From Halodesulfurarchaeum sp. (GTDB taxonomy: Archaea > Halobacteriota > Halobacteria > Halobacteriales > Halobacteriaceae), in assembly GCA_042216995.1 (NCBI GenBank), contig JBDGTI010000045.1:223-56724 (forward strand): DNA of 56,502 bases, in the 5' to 3' direction. The translations under genes were made by a program, and so were the position numbers. This document shows positions 20,398-30,405 of this stretch, in pieces. Under the pieces are notes generated by a model, which was not told where the DNA came from, searched no databases, and worked only from the letters and a program-made list of their open reading frames with translations. How positions within the stretch are numbered: position 1 is the first letter of the stretch; each line of letters begins with the position of its first letter.

Positions 20398-20703
20398 TCA
20401 GGAATCGTCGGATCCGCGGGGACGAGCGTTCGCGAGGGCCCGCCGACGAACGCGATAGAGTCGGACCCCGAGGAAGGCCACGAAGAGGCCGGCGACCATC
20501 CCTGCCTGCCAGTTCTCGAGGGGAACGAGCGAGGTGGTGCCCCCGACGGTGAAGATTCCGGCGACCGCCAGGCCGAAGAGGACAAGACCGATGCCCCACG
20601 GCTTGGTCGTTACCTTGGCGTCGCAGTGCGGACAGCGGGTCGCGTCGGTCGGCATCGGCTCCCCGCAGTTCCGACAGTCCACGACCATCTCCGGGTCGGT
20701 CAT
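20398..20703 (-). CDS. Zinc-ribbon membrane protein
   Basis: CRNCG..CPHCD followed by two TM helices. Confidence 0.65.
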   Translation of the reverse strand: MTDPEMVVDCRNCGEPMPTDATRCPHCDAKVTTKPWGIGLVLFGLAVAGIFTVGGTTSLVPLENWQAGMVAGLFVAFLGVRLYRVRRRALANARPRGSDDS

Positions 20704-20797
20704 ACTCGGGCGTAGACGACCCTGGTAAAAGCATATTTCGACCGCTTCGTGAACCGGGGAGAAAAGGCGGCTGAACGTACGGACTACAGCCCGAGTG

Positions 20798-22186
20798 TCA
20801 CATCAGGACGCCGGTCTGGACGTAGAAATACACGACCAGAACGGCCGCGAGCAGGTAGACCCCCGGACGAACGTCGTCGGCCTCGCCGACTGCGACTTTC
20901 ACGAGCGGGTAAGAGATGATGCCAGCGCCCAACCCGTTCGAGATCGAGGCCGTGAGCGGCATGAACGTGATCGTCAGGCCGGCCGGAACGGACCACCGCG
21001 GGTCGCCCCAATCGATGTCGGTCACGCCTTCGAGCATGATGATCCCGACCACGATCAGCCCGATGTAGGAGGCGTAGGTCGGAATCGCCGAAATCAGCGG
21101 GACGGCGACAAGCGAAGCCGCGAAGAGGACCCCGACGACCAGCGCCGTCATGCCGGTCCGGCCCCCTTCCTCGACACCGGTCGAACTCTCGATGTACGTC
21201 GTGACCGTCGAGGTCCCGAGCATCGCGCCGACAGTCGTGCCGATGGCGTCAGCCATCAGCGGTTCGTCGATGTTCGGGAGGTTGCCGTCCTCGTCCAGGA
21301 AGTTACCGAGCTGGGCGACCCCGATCAGGGTGCCTGCCGTGTCGAAGAAGTCCACGAAGAAGAACGTGAAGACGACGACGGCAAAGGAGAGCGGATCAAT
21401 GGTCGAGAACCCATCGATGAAGGCCCCGACGAGCGGCCGAATGTTGTAGAAGGGCTGAACCGGCTGGGGCGTGAGCGCACCGCCGACCTTGAACGGACCG
21501 AATAGCGTCAACAGCCACCCGACGATGGCCGTGGATACGATTCCGATGATCACGGATCCCTTGACGTCCCGGGCGTAGAGCATGAACGTGAACGCGAGCC
21601 CGATGACGCCGAGGATCGCAGACGGTGACTGTGCAATCGCTCCGAGCGTGAGACCGGTCGCCTTCGAGGGAGCTGCAATGCCGATCTCGAGCACGCCGAG
21701 CAGCAGAAGGAACACGCCGATACCGGCGCCGACGGAGAACTTGACGGGTTTCGGGAACAGGCGAATGACGTACTTCCGAGCGCCGACCACGGTCAACAGA
21801 ATGAATATGATCCCCTCGACGAACACTGCTGCGAGCGCGGTCTGCCATCTGATTCCCATCCCGAGGACGACCGTGAACGCGAAGAACGCGTTCAGGCCCA
21901 TCCCGGGTGCCAGGCCGAATGGCCTGTTCGCATAGAAGGCCATGACCAGGATCGCGGTGGTCGACGCGAGGATCGTGACGATCGAAATCATCTGGAAGAC
22001 CTGGCCCTGGGAATACCCCTCGATCTTGATGGCCTTGCTCAGAATCGCCGGGTTGACGACGATGATGTACGACATCGTGAGGAACGTCGTCGCGCCGGCG
22101 ATCAACTCCGTCTGCATGTCTGTATCGTGCTCTTCGAATCCGAAGTAGCGGGCGAACCACGACCCGCCGCCGGTACTGCTTGACAT
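20798..22186 (-). CDS. NCS2/AzgA-family purine permease
   Basis: TTFLTMSYIIVVNP, APGMGLNAFF, DFFDTAGT, TTYIESSTGVEEGGRTG. Confidence 0.93.
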   Translation of the reverse strand: MSSSTGGGSWFARYFGFEEHDTDMQTELIAGATTFLTMSYIIVVNPAILSKAIKIEGYSQGQVFQMISIVTILASTTAILVMAFYANRPFGLAPGMGLNAFFAFTVVLGMGIRWQTALAAVFVEGIIFILLTVVGARKYVIRLFPKPVKFSVGAGIGVFLLLLGVLEIGIAAPSKATGLTLGAIAQSPSAILGVIGLAFTFMLYARDVKGSVIIGIVSTAIVGWLLTLFGPFKVGGALTPQPVQPFYNIRPLVGAFIDGFSTIDPLSFAVVVFTFFFVDFFDTAGTLIGVAQLGNFLDEDGNLPNIDEPLMADAIGTTVGAMLGTSTVTTYIESSTGVEEGGRTGMTALVVGVLFAASLVAVPLISAIPTYASYIGLIVVGIIMLEGVTDIDWGDPRWSVPAGLTITFMPLTASISNGLGAGIISYPLVKVAVGEADDVRPGVYLLAAVLVVYFYVQTGVLM

Positions 22187-22557
22187 ACTACACTGCGGTA
22201 TTTAGCATAAATCACCATTAAAGGTACCGGAAATTTCCGCGAGATTCGAAACGGCGAAAGCGAGAGACTCCCGGATGGGAACCGGGGTTTCGTTACTGCC
22301 ACTCGACCCCCGGACGAGCGCGGCGCGGGTGTGCAATACTCAAAATCGGCTTCGAGTCGGGTGGCCAAGAACGACGAAAGCCATACAGACCAGGGCAGCG
22401 GTGTCGGTATTCTGTTCGTCGACCATCGACCTGATCTCCGCCTTGGGTATACCGCTCGTCAACTCTCCGAATATCCGTCGGTGGTCCTCTCTCAGAGACG
22501 GGCCCGACGCGGAAACTATTTGAATCGTGGACCGACAACTACAGGTGATATCGACGG

Positions 22558-22989
22558 ATGATCCTGCTCGACCCGATCGGAACGGTCGAGACGCCGTTCC
22601 AGTCGCTGTCGGAGGCCCCCTCCCAGGGGTTCCTCGACGAGTTTCGGGGAACGATCTCGCTGCGACCGCGGCTCTCCTATGCGATCGATGGATTATCCGA
22701 AGATGAACTGATCGACGTCGTCTGGTACGCCAATGGAGCCGACCGGTCACTGCTGCGATTGAACGACCGGAAAGGGGTCTTCGCCTCCCGCTCTCAGGAT
22801 CGGCCGAATCCGATCTCGATCACCCGGTGTCGGATTCTGTCTATCGAGGACAACGAGATCGAGATCGAAGGAGTCGACATGATCGACGGGACCCCGATCG
22901 TCGACATCAAACCGACGTTCACGGGCCCCGGACAGGAACGGACTCCCTCGTCGCCGGAGGCCCCACACGGCCACAACGCCCCCGATTGA
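22558..22989 (+). CDS. TrmO/TsaA-like SAM-binding beta-barrel protein
   Basis: PIGTVETPF..APSQ, GVFASRSQDRPNPI, DMIDGTPIVDIKP. Confidence 0.8.
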   Translation: MILLDPIGTVETPFQSLSEAPSQGFLDEFRGTISLRPRLSYAIDGLSEDELIDVVWYANGADRSLLRLNDRKGVFASRSQDRPNPISITRCRILSIEDNEIEIEGVDMIDGTPIVDIKPTFTGPGQERTPSSPEAPHGHNAPD

Positions 22990-22993
22990 TCGG

Positions 22994-24778
22994 TCAGTCC
23001 GCTGGCTCGGGCGTGTCTCTGGCTACTGTCTCCCATTCCGTCGGGTCGATCCGGTTGGCCGAGAAGTCCGTGTGTTCCGGATGGGCCGTGGCGAGGAGGT
23101 ACTCGGTCCGGCCGTCGAAATACTCGACCAGGTTATGGAGGTTTTCGTCCGAGAGGGACTCAAGGCCATCGAGGAGCAAAAACGGGACCGTCTGCTCGAC
23201 GTCGAAGGCCTCGTACCCGGCCAGGGCCGCGATGAAACCCAGCACCTCGAGTTCGCCCTCGCTGAGCGCGTCGAGGTTCGCTTCCTGTCCGCTCCGGGCC
23301 ACGACGAGTTCGAAATCCGCCGTGAGCCGGGCCGATTCGAACCCCGTCTCGAAGACCCGAACGACCTCCTGCATCGTCTCGTAAAACGTGTCCCGCATCG
23401 ACTGCTTGATCGAGGACTTGCGATCCCGGAGTTCGGCGAGTTCCTCGCGGATCTCCTCCCGCTGGGATTCGAGCTGATCGAGCTGGTAGGCGCTGCGCTG
23501 GTGTTTCTCCAGTTCGTCCTCGGCCTCTTCGAGTTCCGATCGCCGGAACTTGAGTTCGCTCTCCACGTCCGTGATCGCCTCGACGGATTCGTCGACTGAC
23601 TCGCTGAGCGATGAGATGGTGGCTTCGAGGTCGGCGAGTTCGTCATTTCGATCGGCGAGACGCTCCCGCTTGGTCTCTAGCTCCCGCTGTAGCTCCTGGA
23701 TGTCCTCCTCGAGGACGCGTTTGCGCCGTTCCTGTTGTTGCTGGCGCTCGTACTCGGTCTCCATCTCGTTCAGCTCGCTTTTCTCGTCGCTGAGTTTGCT
23801 GCGATGGACCTGGAGGGTCTCCCGCAGCGATTCGAGGTGGTCTTCGACGATCGACCGGGTCGTCTCCGACCCGCAGATCCAGCACGAGATGGTGCCCGTG
23901 TCGACGCCGTGATCGACGTCGGTGAGCAACTCCAGCCCGTCTTCCTCCAACAACAGGTTGTTCGCGGTGAACAGGGACTCGAGGACCGTGATGTCACTCC
24001 GGATCTCGTCGATCCGGGACTTTTTCGCCTCGATATCCGCGTACTCGACGTCGGTCTCGGCGACGGAGATCGAGTCGAGTTCGTCCCGCTTTTCCTCGAT
24101 TTTCTCCTCGTATCGTTCGATCGACCGCTCGAGTCGCTCTATCTCGGATTCGAGTTGATTGCGCTCCGATCGGGCCCGGCTGAGGCGTTCGCGTTTCTCA
24201 GTCACCGCGTCGGCCGACTCCCCCTCCAGGTCGGACAGCCGGGATTCGTACTCCTGGATCTGGTCCTGGAGGGTTTCGATCCGCTCTTTGAGTTGCGGGA
24301 TCTTCTGCTTGCTGTTCTCGGCCTTGGAGATCTCGGTGTCGATCCGGTCGCGCTCGCTTTTCAGTTCCCCGATCCGACGGTCGATGTCCTCCAGGTCGAG
24401 GGGACGTGTCAGGACTGACTCGAGGTTCTCACCCGCCCGTACCGCTTCCCTGATCGGGTTGTTCTCCCCGAGACAGGCGTAGAGTCGGGCCTTGGTCAGG
24501 TCGGCGTCGGACTCGAGCAGCGGGGACCCCTCGACGACCGTCGATCCGTCCCGGTCGAGGACCTCGACGGACGCGGTAAGGTCGCCCCCGAGTTCGACCG
24601 CCCCCGAGGACGCCCCCTCGGTGACGGTCGTGGCGATGCCCATCGCCGACTCGAGGGCCTGGATGAAACTCGTCTTCCCCTGCCAGTTGGCGCCCTGGAC
24701 GACGTTGAGTCCGGGTTCCAGCGTCGCCTCTCCGTCCCGAATTCCCCCGATGTTCTTGATCGTTATGTCGACTGTCAT
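22994..24778 (-). CDS. Archaea-specific SMC-like (Sph) protein
   Basis: NIGGI, Walker A GANWQGKTS, coiled coil with central CWICG, LSEGELE signature, Walker B LLLDGLE. Confidence 0.88.
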   Translation of the reverse strand: MTVDITIKNIGGIRDGEATLEPGLNVVQGANWQGKTSFIQALESAMGIATTVTEGASSGAVELGGDLTASVEVLDRDGSTVVEGSPLLESDADLTKARLYACLGENNPIREAVRAGENLESVLTRPLDLEDIDRRIGELKSERDRIDTEISKAENSKQKIPQLKERIETLQDQIQEYESRLSDLEGESADAVTEKRERLSRARSERNQLESEIERLERSIERYEEKIEEKRDELDSISVAETDVEYADIEAKKSRIDEIRSDITVLESLFTANNLLLEEDGLELLTDVDHGVDTGTISCWICGSETTRSIVEDHLESLRETLQVHRSKLSDEKSELNEMETEYERQQQQERRKRVLEEDIQELQRELETKRERLADRNDELADLEATISSLSESVDESVEAITDVESELKFRRSELEEAEDELEKHQRSAYQLDQLESQREEIREELAELRDRKSSIKQSMRDTFYETMQEVVRVFETGFESARLTADFELVVARSGQEANLDALSEGELEVLGFIAALAGYEAFDVEQTVPFLLLDGLESLSDENLHNLVEYFDGRTEYLLATAHPEHTDFSANRIDPTEWETVARDTPEPAD

Positions 24779-24880
24779 CGCGTCGGTTTTGTGGATCCAA
24801 CGGGCGAATGACCGATCGACCGGTTCGACGGACAGGCCCTCGCCAATCGATTTATCGACCGCTGTGCCTCGAAACGTACC

Positions 24881-24924
24881 ATGGTTGTATCCATATACGT
24901 GAATGGTTGTATCCATATACGTGA
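24881..24924. repeat. Perfect 22-bp tandem repeat (x2) upstream of the Sph gene
   Basis: ATGGTTGTATCCATATACGTGA at 24881-24902 and at 24903-24924. Confidence 0.95.
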
Positions 24925-25158
24925 CTCGCAATCACCTTATCGTTTTCGCCACGGCGTCCATACCGCCCCCAGCGATCACGAACCCGGCGGTGAGTTCGGT
25001 CGTGGGAAGCGACGTCCACCCGATCGGGGTGTCCGGAGCGGTCAGGCCCTGTTTCGGTCGATACAGGGGTCGATCTCGCTCCCCGCCCTCGAGCTCTTCC
25101 CGAAATAAAAACACACCCTAAGTCCGTGTATCCAGGCGGCAGATCCGCCGCAGCGAAT

Positions 25159-25971
25159 TCACTCGACGAATTCGAGGAGGCGATTTCGAAGCAGTTCACA
25201 GACCGTCTCCGATTCGAGCAGTTCCGTCGCCGGTTCGTCGCCGGAGTCCGCCGGGTGCCGACGCACCCGAAAGGCATCGACACGCGAGCCGCTCTTCGGG
25301 ACTCGTTCCAGCACCTCGATCCGTTCGTCCGCGTCGGTCCGGGCGTATGTCCTGCCCGCCTCCAGGCCGACGACGGGGACGTCGCTGGGCCACTCCCACA
25401 TGAAGTCACGGACGTACTGATCGAACTGCCAGACGAGCCGACAGAGCCGGTCTCTGTCGTCCTGATCGGTGATCTCTGCCGGGGACTCCGCGAGTCGCCG
25501 GTCCCAGTAGTCGATCACCGCCGTCTTGAGGTCGTCTGCGAGTTCGTCCTCGACCAACTTTCGTTCGAGGGGGTAATCGATCTCGATGGCCACGAGGGCG
25601 TGGTGGTCGAGGTCCGTGAAACACTGTGGACAGGTCGCTTCGAAGTCCTCGAACGAACAGGCGTCGGAAAACGTGAAATGGGCCACTTCCGTATCGCAGT
25701 TGGGACACCAGAGAAACCCGACGTTGTCCTTCGGCGTCTCGAGTTCCGCGAGGACCTTCATCCCAGGTACCGCGTATTCGTCCTCTTCTGTGGGGGCACG
25801 ATAGGTCTCTTCGGAGACCGTGGGTCCCCTGTTAGCGCGCTTCCGGGCCTCCGCAAGCTGGTGATCTTTCAGGAGCGTCTTGACCACCGAATCGTGCGAG
25901 GAGTGGTTTTGTTGCTCCCGAATCTCATCGAGCCGGGCTTTCGTCCAGTCCCTGATGCGGATCGTGGGCAT
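25159..25971 (-). CDS. Hypothetical protein: N-terminal RHH-like DNA-binding domain plus CxxC...CxxC zinc finger
   Basis: MPTIRIRDWTKARLDEIRE..SHDSVVKTLL; CPNC...CPQC; acidic composition. Confidence 0.7.
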   Translation of the reverse strand: MPTIRIRDWTKARLDEIREQQNHSSHDSVVKTLLKDHQLAEARKRANRGPTVSEETYRAPTEEDEYAVPGMKVLAELETPKDNVGFLWCPNCDTEVAHFTFSDACSFEDFEATCPQCFTDLDHHALVAIEIDYPLERKLVEDELADDLKTAVIDYWDRRLAESPAEITDQDDRDRLCRLVWQFDQYVRDFMWEWPSDVPVVGLEAGRTYARTDADERIEVLERVPKSGSRVDAFRVRRHPADSGDEPATELLESETVCELLRNRLLEFVE

Positions 25972-26070
25972 TACTTGTACAACGCGTTCATGGGTAGTAA
26001 AAATGGTCGGTTCGCCGAAGCGGTCGGCGGATGGTTCGATCGGGGCCGGTTCGAGCGGAGCCCAGCCCCG

Positions 26071-27189
26071 CTACACGCGAGGGCCCTCCTCCCGGTCGAG
26101 CAACGCCCGGTACCGACGGCCGGCTTCGGTATCCCCGTAAATCACCCGTCCGACCGACTCCGGGATCCACTCGTTTTCGAGGCCGTCAGTCGGGAGGTAT
26201 CGCTCGTAGACCGGCAGCCGTTCGCGAAGCGGCAGGCCGGCCGACTCGGCGATCGACTCGAGCTCCGAGACGGCCGGCCAGGCGAAGGAGGGGTTGACGT
26301 AGTCCTCGGTCACCGGTGACACTCCGCCCAGGTCCTCGACGCCGGCGTCGAGGAGTTTGCCGACGGGGGCGAGGTTCGGCGGAACCTGCACCGCCACCTC
26401 CCCGGGGAGCGCCTTCCGGGCCATCGCCACGACCCGTCGCATCGTCTCGACGTCCGGGGGGTCGCCGTCCCAGCGTTCGTTCGGCGTGACGGGCTGGACG
26501 ATGACCTCCTGGATGTGGCCGTATCGCTCGTGGAGGGCCGCGATCGCGAGCAGGCTCTCGGCCCGGTCCCGCCAGGTCTCGCCGATGCCAAAGAGGATTC
26601 CCGTCGTGAACGGGATCTTCAGTTCGCCCGCGTTGCGGATGGTGGCCAGTCGCTGGCCCGGTACTTTTCGCCGCGAGCCCGCGTGCACGTCGAGATCGGC
26701 CGTGGTTTCGAGCATGACCCCCATGCTCGCCATGACGTCTGCGAGCTGGGCCATCTGGTCCCGGGTCTGGTCGCCGGGGTTCCCGTGGGGGAGCAGCCCC
26801 TCCTCGAGGGCGATTTCACTCGCTTCGCGGAGGTAGGAGTGGATCGACTCGTGGCCCAGGTCCGCGAGGTCCGCCTCGAGTTCGGTGTACCGGTCGTCGG
26901 GCTCGTCCCCGAGGGTGAAAAGGGCCTCCGTGCAGCCGGCCTTCACCCCCCGCCGGACCGCTTCTCGGATCTCCCCGGGCGACATGAGCGTGGCCTGGCC
27001 CGGGGGATCGTAGAACGTACAGTACGTGCAGGTGTACCGGCAGGCCGTCGTCACGGGGAGAAAGACGTTGCGGGCGAAGGTGAGCTCCGCGGGGCGGGCC
27101 ACGGAGGCGGGATCGACCGAGAGCAGCGACGTGATTTCCTCCTCCGGGACTTGGACGTCGACGTCGTACTCCGCTGTGCCCGGGATCAC
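26071..27189 (-). CDS. cofG: FO synthase subunit CofG
   Basis: LTFARNVFLPVTTACRYTCTYC radical-SAM motif, EALFTLG, FTTGILFGIGE, QVPPNL, DLGGVSPVT. Confidence 0.93.
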   Translation of the reverse strand: MIPGTAEYDVDVQVPEEEITSLLSVDPASVARPAELTFARNVFLPVTTACRYTCTYCTFYDPPGQATLMSPGEIREAVRRGVKAGCTEALFTLGDEPDDRYTELEADLADLGHESIHSYLREASEIALEEGLLPHGNPGDQTRDQMAQLADVMASMGVMLETTADLDVHAGSRRKVPGQRLATIRNAGELKIPFTTGILFGIGETWRDRAESLLAIAALHERYGHIQEVIVQPVTPNERWDGDPPDVETMRRVVAMARKALPGEVAVQVPPNLAPVGKLLDAGVEDLGGVSPVTEDYVNPSFAWPAVSELESIAESAGLPLRERLPVYERYLPTDGLENEWIPESVGRVIYGDTEAGRRYRALLDREEGPRV

Positions 27190-27298
27190 GCTTCCCGGTA
27201 ACGACCGATCCGGGTTAACCATTTCGCCGTCGGTCCGGCGAATCGATACACTTTCGATACGCTTAAGAAACGGGCAGAGTTCGTTTCAACTGAGAGCT

Positions 27299-28531
27299 AT
27301 GAGTCTTACAACTGAGCAGCGAGAGGCCATCGACGATTGGGTACAGGACCACCGGGAGGACCTGATTTCCTTCCTGCAGGACATCGTCTCGATTCACTCC
27401 GCCTCGACCATCGGCGAGGACGAGGAGGAAGTGGCCAAACGCATCCGCCAGGAGATGGAAGACCTGGACTACGACGACGCGTTCATCGACGAGTTCGGGA
27501 ACGTTCACGGTGTCATCGAGGGGGAGTCCGAGGAAGCCGTGATGTTCAACTCCCACATCGACACGGTCGGTCCGGGCGACCTGGATCAGTGGGACTGGGA
27601 TCCCTACGAGGCCGAGATCGAGGACGGCAAGATGTACGGTCTCGGGACCTCGGACATGAAGTGCGCCATGGCCTCCATGGTGTATGGCGGAGCCGCGATC
27701 AAGGCCCTTGGCTTTACGCCCGAGCACGACATGTACGTCACGGGCGAACTCATGGAGGAAACCCGCGAGGGGCACGCGATGAAGTACGTCTTCGAGAACA
27801 TGGACGTCGACTGGCACGCCGTCGTCATCGGCGAAGCCTCGGAGATGCGGGTCAAGCGCGGCCACCGCGGGCGCAGCGAGTGGCGCATCGAACTCGACGG
27901 CAAGTCCAGTCACGCCTCCGCACCCGAGCGCGGCATCAATCCGCTGTACCACGCCTCCGAGGTCCTCCAGCGGATCGAGGAACTCAACGAGGAGACCGCC
28001 GACCACGACTTCCTCGGGAAGGGCACCATCGTCGCCTCGAACCTGGAGGTCAACACGCCGTCGAACAACGCCGTCCCGGCCGCGGCGACCATCTACATCG
28101 ACCGCCGCCACACTCTCGGCGAGGACGAGGAGACGGTCCGGAACGAACTCCAGGATGCGGTCGACGCCGCCGTCGAGGTGTACGGCGATGACGTGACCGC
28201 GAACGTCGAGATGCTGACCTTCAACGAACCCACCTGGACCGGCTACGAACTCGAGTCCCGGAAGTACATGCCCACCTGGCTCCTCGAGGAGGACCACTGG
28301 CTGGTCGAGGACACCAAGGACGTCGTCGACGAGGTGCTCCAGAAGGACACCGAGGTCACGAAGTGGACCTTCTCCACCTCCGGGAACTACACGATGGGCG
28401 TCGCGGGCGTCCCGACGATCGGCTTCGGTCCCTCCGAGGAGGAGTGGGCTCACATGGCCAACGAGCGGGTCACTGTCGAGAACGTCGTCGACGCCGCGGG
28501 CGTCTACGCCGGCCTCGGTCTGAAACTGTAA
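27299..28531 (+). CDS. ygeY: YgeY-like M20 hydrolase (selenium/purine-catabolism linked)
   Basis: IDEFGNV, HIDTVG, GTSDMK, MEE, RGHRGR, HASAPERGINP, FLGKGT, KYMPTW, KWTFST, GFGP..AH; these match the YgeY subfamily. Confidence 0.82.
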   Translation: MSLTTEQREAIDDWVQDHREDLISFLQDIVSIHSASTIGEDEEEVAKRIRQEMEDLDYDDAFIDEFGNVHGVIEGESEEAVMFNSHIDTVGPGDLDQWDWDPYEAEIEDGKMYGLGTSDMKCAMASMVYGGAAIKALGFTPEHDMYVTGELMEETREGHAMKYVFENMDVDWHAVVIGEASEMRVKRGHRGRSEWRIELDGKSSHASAPERGINPLYHASEVLQRIEELNEETADHDFLGKGTIVASNLEVNTPSNNAVPAAATIYIDRRHTLGEDEETVRNELQDAVDAAVEVYGDDVTANVEMLTFNEPTWTGYELESRKYMPTWLLEEDHWLVEDTKDVVDEVLQKDTEVTKWTFSTSGNYTMGVAGVPTIGFGPSEEEWAHMANERVTVENVVDAAGVYAGLGLKL

Positions 28532-28617
28532 GCGCTCGCCACGCTGGGGTCTTTTTCGTCCCGAGCCGACGGGGACCGACAGAACGGTTATAGGATTTCG
28601 GCCCCCATCGGCGACTG

Positions 28618-28941
28618 ATGGAACTGGGAATCATCCTCGAGACCGACGATCCGGAGAAGATCTGGAACGGCTTTCGGCTCGCGAACCAGGCCCTGGAAGG
28701 CGGCCACGAGGTCCGGACCTTCCTTCTCGGTGACGGCGTGGAGGCCCCGGACGTGGCGACCGAGGCGTACAACGTATCAGGGGTGCTGCGGAAATACCGC
28801 CAGAACGGGGGCGACCTCCATGCCTGTGGAACCTGTATGGAGTCCCGTGACATCGAACCGGGCGACGACCGGCCGCGCTCGACGATGGGCGACCTGCTCG
28901 AGATCGTCGAATCGACCGAGAAAACGATAACGATCGGGTGA
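28618..28941 (+). CDS. DsrE-family protein
   Basis: WNGFRLAN.AL..GHEVRTFLLGDGVE; ACGTC motif. Confidence 0.82.
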   Translation: MELGIILETDDPEKIWNGFRLANQALEGGHEVRTFLLGDGVEAPDVATEAYNVSGVLRKYRQNGGDLHACGTCMESRDIEPGDDRPRSTMGDLLEIVESTEKTITIG

Positions 28942-30327
28942 TCAGTCGCCGATCGCGGAGTGCCCGGCACTCCGCTCCTCCGCGATCAGGGGCGTATCAT
29001 CGGCCCGGGGCCCGAGGACGGGCCCCGGACGGCCGTTGGCCGTGTCGATCCGTCGCCGACGGGCGTAGTCAGTCGATCGCTCGACGGGGATCCGATCGAT
29101 CGATTCGATCAGCTCGGCGAGTTCGGCAAACGAGCGGAACACGCCGTTCCCCCCGCCGGCCCGTTTCGTGATCTCCTCGGAGAGGATCGTCCCCATGAAA
29201 TCATCGGCCCCGGCCTCGAGCATCTCGAGCCCCCGTTCGTTGCCGAACTTCACCCAGGAGGACTGGATGTGATCGACGTTGTCCAAAAAGAGCCGCGAGA
29301 CGGCGATCATGAGCGTGTCCTCCGCCGGGGTCGCTCCCCCCTCGATCATTCCCCGCTCGGCGAGGGGGGTATTCTCGTGGATGAAAGAGAGCGGGACGAA
29401 TTCGGTGATCGATCCCGTCCGGTCCTGCAGGTCCCGAATGCGCTTCAGATGGCGGATTCGGTGGGCCTCGTTTTCCACGTGACCGTACATGATCGTCGCC
29501 GTGACGGGAAGCCCGGCCGCGGCGGCCCCCTCGATGGCCTCGAACCAGGTTTCGGTGTCGATCTTTCCGGGACAGATCACCTCCCGGACCTCGTCGACGA
29601 GAATTTCGGCCGCCGTGCCCGGGACCGAATCCAGCCCGGCGTCCTTGAGTTTCCGGTAGACGGTCTCGTAGTCCCAGTCGGTCCCGCGGGCGGCGTGATC
29701 TGCCTCCTCGGGTGTCATCGAGTGGACGTGCACGCCGTCGATCGACATCGACTCGATCTGTTCGGCATACGACCCGGGATCTTTCTCGTAGGCCGATGGG
29801 GGAGTATATCGGGGATGATCGGCGGCCGAAAGGATCTCGCGGTGCTCCCCGTCGAGGGCGAGGGCCGGGTGGAGCCCGCTGACCGAGGTCACCTCGTAGA
29901 TGCCCCGCTCGACGGCGTCGGCGACGATTTCGCGGGATTCCGCGGGCGTCTTGGTGAACCCGCGGGGATCGCCCTCCGTGCCGACTTCGAACGTGTGAGC
30001 GTTGTCGCGGTAGTTACAGAACAGACACCCGGTCCCACAGGCCGAGGTGACGTTGTTGTTGAGGTTCGCGACGATGGTCACCTCCTCACCGACGACCGCC
30101 TTCCGACGCTCGTCCGCGGCCGCCACGACGGCGGCCATCCGCTCGTGATCGATGCCCTGTCTGTCCGTCCCCGTCGTCAGCAACTCGATCCCGTCCTCGA
30201 CGGTCAGTCGGTCTCCCGCCCGGGCCTTTGCCAGCGCGTTCTCGAAGGACTGGTCGGTCTCGGGGCGATGATCGAAGTCATACTCCCCGCGGGGGACTCC
30301 CGTCCGGGTCCGAAAGGCATCGGCCAT
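28942..30327 (-). CDS. cofH: FO synthase subunit CofH
   Basis: NNNVTSACGTGCLFC, VPGTAAEILVDEVR..ICPGK, TATIMYGHVE, TEFVPLSF, QSSWVK. Confidence 0.93.
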   Translation of the reverse strand: MADAFRTRTGVPRGEYDFDHRPETDQSFENALAKARAGDRLTVEDGIELLTTGTDRQGIDHERMAAVVAAADERRKAVVGEEVTIVANLNNNVTSACGTGCLFCNYRDNAHTFEVGTEGDPRGFTKTPAESREIVADAVERGIYEVTSVSGLHPALALDGEHREILSAADHPRYTPPSAYEKDPGSYAEQIESMSIDGVHVHSMTPEEADHAARGTDWDYETVYRKLKDAGLDSVPGTAAEILVDEVREVICPGKIDTETWFEAIEGAAAAGLPVTATIMYGHVENEAHRIRHLKRIRDLQDRTGSITEFVPLSFIHENTPLAERGMIEGGATPAEDTLMIAVSRLFLDNVDHIQSSWVKFGNERGLEMLEAGADDFMGTILSEEITKRAGGGNGVFRSFAELAELIESIDRIPVERSTDYARRRRIDTANGRPGPVLGPRADDTPLIAEERSAGHSAIGD

Positions 30328-30405
30328 AACGACGAATCACGGGTTTGACCCCCTTAAAATATGGTCATCGGGACCGTCAAAAGATGGCGGTAAAAGTGGG
30401 GGCTC

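Noticed and set aside
22200-22557. Small ORFs between the NCS2 and TrmO-like genes
   Set aside because: No recognisable motifs and conflicting frames; treated as divergent intergenic sequence.
24881-24924. CRISPR array
   Set aside because: Only two abutting copies, with no spacers and no cas genes.
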